Below, piece by piece: positions 24,339 to 34,100 of a DNA stretch of 64,000 nt. How positions within the stretch are numbered: position 1 is the stretch's first letter; every line of letters begins with the position of its first letter. The notes under the pieces are model-generated. The model worked only from the letters and a program-made list of their open reading frames with translations, searched no databases and was not told the DNA's origin. The position numbers were made by a program, and so were the translations under genes. The stretch is from Eubacteriales bacterium (GTDB lineage: Bacteria > Bacillota > Clostridia > Oscillospirales > QAKW01), in NCBI GenBank assembly GCA_045657265.1, contig JAZOSU010000035.1:44-64043 (forward strand), given 5' to 3'.

Positions 24339-27300
24339 TTATTTAAGGATATAGTCTTTGTGGAAGATAGATACGATTACAGAAACTTCTGCTCTTGTTG
24401 CTGTATCCTTAGGAGCAAATCCTGTATCTTTACCTGAAACTATACCTGCCATCTGACAAGCGTAAACTTCGTTTTTAGCCCAAGTACTGATTTTAGCATC
24501 GTCAGGGAATGTAACTTTGTTTACAGCTTTCTTGAGTGTAATCTTCTGATAATTTGCATAACCTACAAGCATTACACACATCTGCTCACGTGTAATTACG
24601 TCTGTAGGAGCAAATGTTGTTGCAGATGTACCGTTTACAATACCGTTATCTGAAGCCCATTTAACTGCGGCTGCATACCAAGCGCCTTCTTTAACGTCAG
24701 TAAACTTAGTTTTAACGTTATTGTTTGTTGTTTTAACGCCTGACATATTAGCAAGTACCTGAACGAATTCAGCTCTTGTAATTGTCTTTGTAGGTGCAAA
24801 TGTTGTATCAGATGTACCGTTCATAAGACCGTATGTTACAGCGTAATCAACGTATTCTTTATACCAGCCTTTAGCATCAACGTCTTTGAATGTCTTAGCT
24901 GAGTTTTCAAGACCTGTCTTTGTACCGGTAGCTGTTACTGTGTTTTTATTTCCGCAAAATTCACAAGTAGCTGTCTTTGTACCGTCTTTAAGAGCAGTGG
25001 CATCACCGTTGTACTTATATGCGCCGTATACGTGTGAATCATTCTTAAAGTTGCCTGTTTCTTTAACAGTCTTGGTTTCACTGCAGCCATTTGTATCACA
25101 TTTAGCGGTCATCTTACCGTCAGATACACAGTTTTCAGAACCTTCAATATGTTTATAGTTTGTAAAGCTATGTGTCTTAAGAATGCTCTTAATAGCTTCC
25201 ATATCAGTTATAAGACTGTCATATGCTGCTTTACTTGCTACTGTTTCAAAACGTTCTTTTGCATTTTTCAATGCTGTTTTAAAGTTTTCAAATGTGTTTT
25301 CGCAGTATTTACCGTTATCGTTATTAACTTTTGAAAGTGAAAGTGCAATTTCGTCATATTTTGTACGGGTTAAAGCTTTACCTGCTTTGATAGCTTTTTC
25401 TATTTCAGCAGCAGCTTCTTCCATGGCTTTCTGACCAAGTTTATCTTCAACAGTCTTCCAACCAGTGTAAACTGCATCATCTAAGCTTTCTTTAAGTGCA
25501 GGAAGCCAGTTTGAAGTATCGGTATCATCTGCTTCGTTAAGAACAGGAATAATTACATCTTCTGCTCCCAGTTCGCCTCTTGTTACTACAATTACGTGCT
25601 CAACTTTAGCACCGCCGAATTCAACTGTTACCTTGTACTCTTTTGTTTCGCCAATGCCAACGCTTACGTTTGTAACCTCTTGATTTCTTGCGTTAAAGAA
25701 TTTAACAACTGAACCGGCAATTTTACCTGTACCTACAAGAGCTTCGTCTTTACCGTCTTTACTGAGAAGTACAGAGAATTTTCCGTCCTCTTGTTTTGTA
25801 GCCTCATTGCCGCCAACAGTTACTGTATCCAATACTGCAATAGGCGGAGTTTTTGTAACAATTATGTGATACTCCTTGTACTTTGTAGCATCAGAGTCGA
25901 GAGATAATTTAAGATATACGGGAATCTCATTAAGAGGAGTTGTAGCTTTTGTTGTAATTTTCCAACCGGCAGTAGTTTTCTGATTCGGTCGTGCCGGATG
26001 TGTTACTACTGAAGTTTCAAGCGGGATATCCATTGTTATTTTATGTGAATCAAGAACTTCTTTGTACAAATTCTTAATAACTAATGTATATTCATATTTA
26101 GAAGATGCATTCACTGCTTCTGTATATACCCCATCAGCTGTTTTACCATCTGCATCAAGATTATTTACGTGGTAGTAGTACTTACCGTTTATCTCATAAA
26201 TATCATCGCTTACAAATTCAAGAGGAATAAGTTCGCCGGCTAAAGATTTCTTTTCTGAATCTGTATAGTAGCTATCAGATTGAATAGTTTTGTTTGTTGA
26301 GACAAATTTAAGCTTTACACCATTTGAATCGGGTAATTTTGTAGGAATAGTTGAAATAATATAGTTTTTCTCAGCAACGCTGCTGTCAGATACTTTTCTG
26401 CCAACATCAACAGTTGTATTGAAACCGATAAGTACGTTATCTGTTATTGTAACAACCATATCTTTAACGTTATTACCTGTATAGTCTTTACCAACAAGAG
26501 TCATACCCGCTGTTGATGCATGAATATAGTTGTTTTTAATGGTTAATTCGTTATGGAAATTATGTTTTGCATCAAGAAACATTGATGCCGAATAAAGATT
26601 GTACTTATAGAAAATATTGTTCTCGAGAACAATAGCTTTTCTGTCGGTATTGTTTGGATTGAACTGAGCGTAACGATCGTTATGTCCCTGAATAAGCATT
26701 CTTTCATTAAAGTTTCTGATGTTACTGTTTTTGATTGTAAATGAGTAATCATCATAAGGAACTGTCAGATAACGATCAGCTGATGCCATTTTTGAGTTCT
26801 TCGCATGGTCAACATAAAGTCCGTCAATTGTAACATGTCTCCACAGATAGTTATCTGAATTTGCAAACAGACCAAACTTTGAAGAATTGTCAAGATATAC
26901 GTTCTTGAGTGTCATACTATCGTTATACTGGTTTATATCGGTAGTATGTTTGTTTGATGTTTCTTCTTTATATGTGCTACCGTTTTTTACATATCTTTTC
27001 TTGAAATGATTGCCCAGCAAAAATCCGGCATATTCTTCACCACTAATCGGAGCTTTCTTCCAGTAAAGATTTTCAATTTTAACGTTGATATCATCTTCAG
27101 GTGATCTTTCGGGATCACCGGCATTGCCTAAGTCATCCTGAATAACACCTTTGAGAGTAAATCCGTAAAATTCGTAATTACCTTTAACGGCTGTGTTGAA
27201 TTTAAGCCAGGTAACCGTAATACCTTTGGTTGTATCAAATGCATCTGCTTTACCTGTATTAACGTTTGATACCCAATCAGAGCCGTCCTGTTTTGTGCCT

Positions 27301-30300
27301 TTAACGTACGGCATCTTGTTATAGTTTCTTGTAAAGTATTTACCGGGGTATTTTACTTTCCAGATATTGTAATTTGTATTACCTGAAGCTCCACCAAGGT
27401 CTTTCAAAAGGAAGTTTGGATCTTTAATATTATTTGATTTTGCATATTCAATAGCAGCTTCAAGAGTATCAAAAAGGTTTTTGCCCTTTACAAAGACATA
27501 CACCGTATCATCTGCCCATGTTGTTGAAACCGCATAACCGTCTTCAGTTGATTTAAATTCATTTGTTACAAGAAGAGCTTTTGTTGAATCAATAAGGTCA
27601 TCTGTAAAGTTTGCTACAAATGTATTACCCTGACCTGCTGAGCTGAGTGAATCTTTTGATACAAGGTGTACTTTGTATATAGAATGAAGCTCAGGGTTTG
27701 ATTTAACATAGATTTTAAGATATGCAGGACAGTTATCAACTGTCATATGTGACATCTGAGCCGATGTAATCTCAGTTGTCATAGCCTTGTCGAAATACCA
27801 TTTAGCATCTGCTATTGTCGGAAGTTTGATTTCAAGTTCTGCAAGTGTACCAACACCGTATGTTTCCATACCTGCCATAATCTTGCCGCCAAAGTTATCA
27901 ATTTTAACTAAGGTAGCATCGCCTTTAAACTTAGCAGAAATAGGTATGATATTTGTGTTAAGAATCTTTCTGTCATAATCAAGATAGTAATCTTTACTTA
28001 ATAATCCGTCAAGAACAAGGTTTGAACCTACTATTGATTTATCATCAGTTGAAAGATTTGTTATATAGTTGCCTGAAATTTCTGATGATGTACCGATAGC
28101 TCTTGAAAGTCCGTAACCGTCAATACCAAGAATAATGTTATCTTTAATTTGAAGGTTTAAATCATTTGACGGAACTGATGTTGTTCCTGTAACTGAGAAA
28201 AGTGTTCTTGATGTGCCGTTTGGTGCGGTAATATAGTTATTTGTAAGAACAAAACTTGAATAGTTTGCGTAGTTAGCTGAATAGAAACCGAACAGACCGT
28301 ATTTCTCTTCTTTTGTTATTGTACCTGTTGAGAAGTTATACAAAATGTTGTGGTCAAATGAAATCTTTGAGTTAGCACCATAAGTTTTATCATCTGCATA
28401 ACCCCTGAAATGGAAAGCAAAGCTACTGTCTGCTTTCATATTTCTAATGTTACAGTTTTTAAATGTAATTGAGTTGCTTGAGTTATTCTGTTTAATCAAC
28501 CAGTTACCGGGTGTGTTGCCGTTTCCGAGATTATCAAAGTCGATAAACAAACCGTCGATAACTGTTGTTTGTGGAAGAAAGTTTGCAGTAAACTGCATAT
28601 TTCCTGCTTTGTAAGAAGACTGGAAATACATATTATTAAAGAGCGCTTTATCTCCTGAAATACCTTTGGTACTGCTGAATTTGATAGGCTGATCAAGAGT
28701 ATCATTCATAAGAATGTTTGCAAAAACAAAGTTTGTTGCTTTGTCTGATGCGTTTCTTCCAGTAGCATTAATTCCGCCGCCTACCTGAGATACTGTAGTA
28801 GATGTTTCTGTAACTGTTGTTTTCTTATATGAAACAAGCTCAAGTCCGTGTACTTCAAGAGCAGGATTAACAACACCTGTAATTTTAATACCGCCTACTG
28901 TTCTCTTGTTTTTATCGTAAGCTGTATTATATGTCCAGGCTTTATCTCCTGTACCGTCGTTAAGTCCTGCGTCTTTTGTCCAGCCTTTGTTATCAAAAGG
29001 TGAAACATTATAGTTAGGAGCGTAGATTTTTGCAGAATGTGAAATGATTATTTCTTCTGTAGGTGCATTGTAATCAAAGTAGATTACAGGTGTTGCTACA
29101 TCACAGACATCTGCATATTCAAAAACATCATCAAGATTTGTAAATGCATTTACACCTTTAATAAAGGTATATGTTTTTCCGTCATATGGAAGTTTGTACT
29201 CAAAGGTTGTGTAATCTTTATATCCTGAAACTTTTGCATATCTGTTTGTTACAAGATATATATCTTTTGTAATTGTATCGTCGCCTTCGAATGTTTCTGA
29301 GAAAAGGTTTGTACTTGTAATTACTTTTACAGTATATACAAGTGTTTTTTGAGTTTTACTGCTTGATACTTTTACGTAAAGTGTCTTATCAGTTCCGCCT
29401 TTAACTGTTGAAATATCAACTGCGTTTGTACATTCAGCGTTTGTATACCATTTGTACGTTGCGCCTTCGGGAACAGTAAAGCTGATTTTTGCAGTTTTAT
29501 CTTTGGGAAGATTATAAATTATTGTACGAGTATTCTGATTAAGATTAGCCGAGCCTTCGTTTGCTGTAACATTTGAGATTTCTACAGGCTCAAGGTCTGT
29601 ATTGAGCACAGTCATTTTCTGGTCAATGTAGTATGATGTACACTCGTAATCTGTATCAGCATCTATTATTACTTTTTTACCAACAGCGTTTTCGCTGAGA
29701 GTAAATTTCTTATAAGTATAGTTTTCTTTGATTACTGATTCGGGGCTGATAGTACGACCGGCAGCTTTAGTTTGCAAGGTTGTATCAACGCCGTTAAGAT
29801 AGTTGCCTACGATTTTATATACGCAAGGGTTACCGCCATCAGCCTGTTCTGAAAAAAGCGAAATCGGAACCGAAGATAAAACTCTGTTATTTATAAAATT
29901 AATATGTGAATACGATTTTGATGATACGTGCATCAAAGATTTGCTTGAAAATCTGAAATCAAAGAAAATATTATTTTCAAAATTAAGTGTTCTTGATTCC
30001 ATTGTTGAGGGGTCAAAATTTCCTTCGTTTTTACCCTGGAAAGTAAATTTGTTGTTATAACTTGATCTGAAGTTAGAGTTTTTGAAGGTCATTACAGTCT
30101 GCTGGTTGTTGTTGCCCTGTTTTATCCAGTTATCAGTATATGAGAAATTAACTGTTGGTGTTAAAAACATACCGTCAAAAGTCACTGTATCAACATACCA
30201 CTCTGTCAAAAGACGGATAGTACGTACAGTTGTATTGTTTGAGGTAAGTATAATATTTTTAACTTCAAGTGATGAACCTACAGAAGATTTAGCCTGAGCA

Positions 30301-31016
30301 AGTGCATCTGCTGTAAAGAGCGGATTCAAACTACTTGAAAGAACTGCGCGTGAGTTCTGAAGTTTAACGTTTGTTACAGGCGAACCATCAATAGTTGACA
30401 TATTGAACTGGCCTTTGAAGGTGAAACCGTAAAGACCGATTTCTCCGCCCACTTTGATGTTAATTGCTGATACAGTCTGTGATTTTTTAGTAAATTCAGG
30501 GTTTGCTACCCAGTCAGAGCCGTCAAATTCTATAGGAAGCGCATTACCTTCAGCGTCTTTTGCGCCGATGGTATAAGGCATTGTATTATATGCTTCTGTA
30601 TAGTAGTTTGCAGCACGAGTAATTTTAAGGTCTATCTGTGAGCCGATATTTTTAACAAGGATAGCAGAGCCGTCTCTTGCAAGTTCCTGTACTTCGTTTA
30701 TATCTTTGAAGACAGTCTCGTTTACTTTAAAACCTTCGTATTTTTTGCCGTCCCATTCAAGAATATAGGGTTCAGTTGCGTTTTTGTCTACAACGTAGCA
30801 TTTACCCTGTCCTAAAAGTCCGTTTATATCTATTGTTTCATTGGTTGTGGGGTTTGGTCCTGCTGTAACAGCATTTGAATTTGTTGCACTGCCACTGCTT
30901 AAGTAACCTGCTTCTGTCTCTGTTATAACCTCACCTGCAAAGGCAAAGGATGACAAAGATGACATCAACATAGCAAGGCAAAGCAGTACAGAAAGCAATC
31001 TTTTACTTTTATTCAT
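24339..31016 (-). CDS. Giant SLH-anchored cell-surface protein (2,225 aa) with three beta-helix-like modules; paralogue A
   Basis: Uninterrupted ORF with signal peptide MNKSKRLLSVLLCLAMLMSSLSSFAFA. Three modules, each with 'Y(T/A)x(A/N)YNxxP(Y/F)', 'YGF(T/A)', 'DG(L/M)(F/Y)', 'KN(S/C)N(I/F)R', 'ENNIF(F/Y)', 'NNY(I/L)' and 'DN(I/V)(I/L)(L/I)G'. Cys/His-rich segment, then three SLH repeats ('FKDV..GWYKEYVDYAVTYGLMNGTS..TFAP..ITRAEF', 'FTDV..WYAAAVKWASDNGIVNGTS', 'WAKNEVYACQMAGIVSGK'). Confidence 0.92.
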   Translation of the reverse strand: MNKSKRLLSVLLCLAMLMSSLSSFAFAGEVITETEAGYLSSGSATNSNAVTAGPNPTTNETIDINGLLGQGKCYVVDKNATEPYILEWDGKKYEGFKVNETVFKDINEVQELARDGSAILVKNIGSQIDLKITRAANYYTEAYNTMPYTIGAKDAEGNALPIEFDGSDWVANPEFTKKSQTVSAINIKVGGEIGLYGFTFKGQFNMSTIDGSPVTNVKLQNSRAVLSSSLNPLFTADALAQAKSSVGSSLEVKNIILTSNNTTVRTIRLLTEWYVDTVTFDGMFLTPTVNFSYTDNWIKQGNNNQQTVMTFKNSNFRSSYNNKFTFQGKNEGNFDPSTMESRTLNFENNIFFDFRFSSKSLMHVSSKSYSHINFINNRVLSSVPISLFSEQADGGNPCVYKIVGNYLNGVDTTLQTKAAGRTISPESVIKENYTYKKFTLSENAVGKKVIIDADTDYECTSYYIDQKMTVLNTDLEPVEISNVTANEGSANLNQNTRTIIYNLPKDKTAKISFTVPEGATYKWYTNAECTNAVDISTVKGGTDKTLYVKVSSSKTQKTLVYTVKVITSTNLFSETFEGDDTITKDIYLVTNRYAKVSGYKDYTTFEYKLPYDGKTYTFIKGVNAFTNLDDVFEYADVCDVATPVIYFDYNAPTEEIIISHSAKIYAPNYNVSPFDNKGWTKDAGLNDGTGDKAWTYNTAYDKNKRTVGGIKITGVVNPALEVHGLELVSYKKTTVTETSTTVSQVGGGINATGRNASDKATNFVFANILMNDTLDQPIKFSSTKGISGDKALFNNMYFQSSYKAGNMQFTANFLPQTTVIDGLFIDFDNLGNGNTPGNWLIKQNNSSNSITFKNCNIRNMKADSSFAFHFRGYADDKTYGANSKISFDHNILYNFSTGTITKEEKYGLFGFYSANYANYSSFVLTNNYITAPNGTSRTLFSVTGTTSVPSNDLNLQIKDNIILGIDGYGLSRAIGTSSEISGNYITNLSTDDKSIVGSNLVLDGLLSKDYYLDYDRKILNTNIIPISAKFKGDATLVKIDNFGGKIMAGMETYGVGTLAELEIKLPTIADAKWYFDKAMTTEITSAQMSHMTVDNCPAYLKIYVKSNPELHSIYKVHLVSKDSLSSAGQGNTFVANFTDDLIDSTKALLVTNEFKSTEDGYAVSTTWADDTVYVFVKGKNLFDTLEAAIEYAKSNNIKDPNFLLKDLGGASGNTNYNIWKVKYPGKYFTRNYNKMPYVKGTKQDGSDWVSNVNTGKADAFDTTKGITVTWLKFNTAVKGNYEFYGFTLKGVIQDDLGNAGDPERSPEDDINVKIENLYWKKAPISGEEYAGFLLGNHFKKRYVKNGSTYKEETSNKHTTDINQYNDSMTLKNVYLDNSSKFGLFANSDNYLWRHVTIDGLYVDHAKNSKMASADRYLTVPYDDYSFTIKNSNIRNFNERMLIQGHNDRYAQFNPNNTDRKAIVLENNIFYKYNLYSASMFLDAKHNFHNELTIKNNYIHASTAGMTLVGKDYTGNNVKDMVVTITDNVLIGFNTTVDVGRKVSDSSVAEKNYIISTIPTKLPDSNGVKLKFVSTNKTIQSDSYYTDSEKKSLAGELIPLEFVSDDIYEINGKYYYHVNNLDADGKTADGVYTEAVNASSKYEYTLVIKNLYKEVLDSHKITMDIPLETSVVTHPARPNQKTTAGWKITTKATTPLNEIPVYLKLSLDSDATKYKEYHIIVTKTPPIAVLDTVTVGGNEATKQEDGKFSVLLSKDGKDEALVGTGKIAGSVVKFFNARNQEVTNVSVGIGETKEYKVTVEFGGAKVEHVIVVTRGELGAEDVIIPVLNEADDTDTSNWLPALKESLDDAVYTGWKTVEDKLGQKAMEEAAAEIEKAIKAGKALTRTKYDEIALSLSKVNNDNGKYCENTFENFKTALKNAKERFETVASKAAYDSLITDMEAIKSILKTHSFTNYKHIEGSENCVSDGKMTAKCDTNGCSETKTVKETGNFKNDSHVYGAYKYNGDATALKDGTKTATCEFCGNKNTVTATGTKTGLENSAKTFKDVDAKGWYKEYVDYAVTYGLMNGTSDTTFAPTKTITRAEFVQVLANMSGVKTTNNNVKTKFTDVKEGAWYAAAVKWASDNGIVNGTSATTFAPTDVITREQMCVMLVGYANYQKITLKKAVNKVTFPDDAKISTWAKNEVYACQMAGIVSGKDTGFAPKDTATRAEVSVIVSIFHKDYILK

Positions 31017-31121
31017 TGTTTTCCCTCTTTCTTACAATTTGGTTTATTAAAATTTTCGATCGTTTTTATTCAGATTTCCTGTAAAGCGGCACAAGCCGCT
31101 TTGCAGGAAAATTCAAGGTTT

Positions 31122-34100
31122 TTATCCGACCATATACTTTTCGTGGGAAATGGAAACGATAACAGCAACTTCTGCTCTTGTTGCAGTGTCCTGAGGACAG
31201 AAGCCTGTATCTTTACCTTCTACGATGCCTGCCGCTTTACATGCATAAACAGCGTCTTTTGCCCAGCTGCTTATTTTTGCATCATCTACAAATTTTGCAA
31301 CTTTAGCCGATGTATCTACTTCTACTTTTGCATAAGCTGCATATCCAACAAGCATTACACACATCTGTTCACGAGTGATTACTGCTGTCGGTGCAAATGT
31401 TGTATCAGATGTACCGCTTACGATACCTTTTTCTGATGCCCATTTAACAGCCGATGCATACCAAGCGCCCGATTCAACGTCTGTGAATTTACATGTCACT
31501 TTATTGTTTGATGTGTCAACACCTGACATATTTGCAAGTACCTGTACAAATTCAGCTCTTGTTATTGTCTTTGTTGGTTCGAATGTGTCTTTTGATGTAC
31601 CGTTAAGAAGACCGTATGTTACTGCGTAATCAACGTAGTCTTTATACCAGCTCTTTGCAGGAACGTCTTTGAATTTCTTAGACGAATCTATAGTTGTAAG
31701 TTTTGTATTTTCAGCAACTACTGTATCTTTTGCTTTTTTACATACAGTACATGTTGCTGTTTTTGTTCCGTCTTTTTCAAATGTTGCGTCGTTATTGTAT
31801 ACATATTTGTCAAATGTATGTTTGCCTGTTGCAAATTTTTCTGTTTCTGCAACTGTATCTTTTTCTTCACAACCTTTGGTTTCACATTTTGCTGATTTTG
31901 TACCGTGGCCAACACAAGTTTCAGTGCCTTCGTCGTGCGTATATGTCTTGAACGTATGTTCGCATACGCCGTCAATAGCTTTCTGAAGATTTGTCATTAC
32001 TGCGTTGTATTCACTCGCTGTTGAAAGTGTTTTTACTTTGCTTTCGGTGTTTTCAATGGTTGTCTGTAATGCTTTGAATGTAGGCGTACAGTATTTACCG
32101 TCTTTATTCTTGATTCTCTTTGCGTTCTTTATAAGAACTTTATACTCGTCTTCTGAAACAGCATCATTAAGAATCTGTTCCATCTGTGAAGCATAAGCAT
32201 CTGCCTGTGCCTGAGTAATGGAATCTCTGCCTGTTTCAAGAACGACTTTCATTTTAGCTCTGAGAGTCTGATATGCTCTGTTAAAGCCTTCAAGCCAGTC
32301 TTCTGGGTCTATTGCATTGGTTTTGTTGTAAACTTCTTCAAATTTTTCAAGGTCAGCGCCGCCTCTTGTAATATCAAGGTCAAGAACCAAAGTAATACCG
32401 TTATATGTTACAGAAACTTTGTACTGCGCAGATTCAAAGTTTGAAATGTTTACTGTATCTGTAGGATTACCGTTTGCATCAGTTATTGCAACTGTTGAGC
32501 CTTCCATAACGGGAGTTGCAACTATTTTTTCTCCGCTTCCTCTGCCGCCGAGAACTACTGAATATTTACCGTCTTTAAACTCAGCAGTTTCACCGCCTAC
32601 AGTAAGAGTATCTACTGCGGGACCTTCTTTAACAAATTTCACTTTATATTCAATAGGTGTCGCTTCGCTCTTATCATCAGGAGCGCATACTGAAAGATCA
32701 AGCTCGATAGGATAGTTAAGCTCCACATCTGTATCTATCCACATAATATATTGCATATAACCGGTAAATATCTTATTATCCGCCTCAGTACTTCCGAGTA
32801 ATACATAATCAAGAAGAAGTCTGTTGCCGTATTTATTGCTGACGATATGTGAAAGGTTGATTTTGTATGTATAACCTTTTTCTGAATTTTTAATTTTCGT
32901 GATACCGGCATCGTCATCGCCTTTTACAACGTAAGTAATAGTTTTGTTTTCTTCGTCAACTATAACGTTTTCACCTGAGAAGCTGTATTTATTAATATCT
33001 GTAGGACGTCCTCTCATTTCGGAGTCGATATAATACTTACCCCAGTCTTCGCTGTCAGCTTTAGGAAGTGATATTGAAGATCCGCTCATTGCTTTAAGTT
33101 GCATACCGTCGTATGTCACTTCGTCAGTTGAGTAACTTTCTCTTACGTAGTTGTTACGTACGTAAGATGTATTTGTAAGTGTTCTCAAACTACCTATAGG
33201 CATACGGTCTGAACCGCAGTTGATTTTATTGCCTTCAACCTGAAATTCAAGCTTAACTGAAGATGAACCATCACTTATGTTTCTGAAAAGATACATATCT
33301 TCTTTCTGATTTATGATGGTGTTGTTTTTAATTATAATTTTTGACCATGCTTTGCCGTACGCAGGGAAAATAGTATCTGAGAAGAAGTAAGAGTTGTTCA
33401 TAATGTTATTTGAGAACTCTAAAAGTTTATCTTCGCCTGAGGCAATTGTTTCGTTGTTCGCCTGATTATGAAATGCATTCTGACCAAAATTTTTAAAGTG
33501 TGAATTTATAATACGGAATGAGGCTGTTGCTGTATTCTGCTTCATATATGTTTCACCTGATGTATGGTGACCGCCTACAAAGTACACGCCGTCAAACAAA
33601 ATGTCAGATGCCTGCCAACCTGTTGTAAATCTTGCAGCTGTACCGTTTGAGTTAAGGTAGCAGTTTTTAAATGTAAGATAATCTTCAGTGCTTCCTTTTG
33701 CAGCATTTGTATCGCTGTTACCACTCATCAGGAAAGCATCGCTCCAATTAAATGAGTAATAACAGTTTTCAAAATAGAGGTTTACGCAGTTAAGTCTTGC
33801 AGTCGATCTGGTGTTATCTTTAATACCGCCTTTGAAAGCAAAACCGTAGAATTTATAATCACCTGCTGGAACGTTACCGTCTAATGTAACTGTACCGAGA
33901 GTAATACCTTTTTGGGTATCAAACTGACCTGCGTTTGAACCGATATTTTCTTTCCACTGGTCAGCTTCCATTGTAGGATCGCCGATATAAGGTTTGGTTG
34001 CGTAATTTACTGTATAGTATGATGCAGGATATGTGGGTTTCCAATTACCTGTAACTGTATTTGAACCACCAATATCCATAAGAACAATTTCAGGATTTTC

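Noticed and set aside
31078-31108. The hairpin CCTGTAAAGCGGC/GCCGCTTTGCAGG between paralogues B and A as a terminator.
   Set aside because: The stem is good, but there is no T-run on the minus strand and no recognisable promoter for A downstream. It may only attenuate or stabilise a B-A co-transcript, so it is not listed as a terminator.
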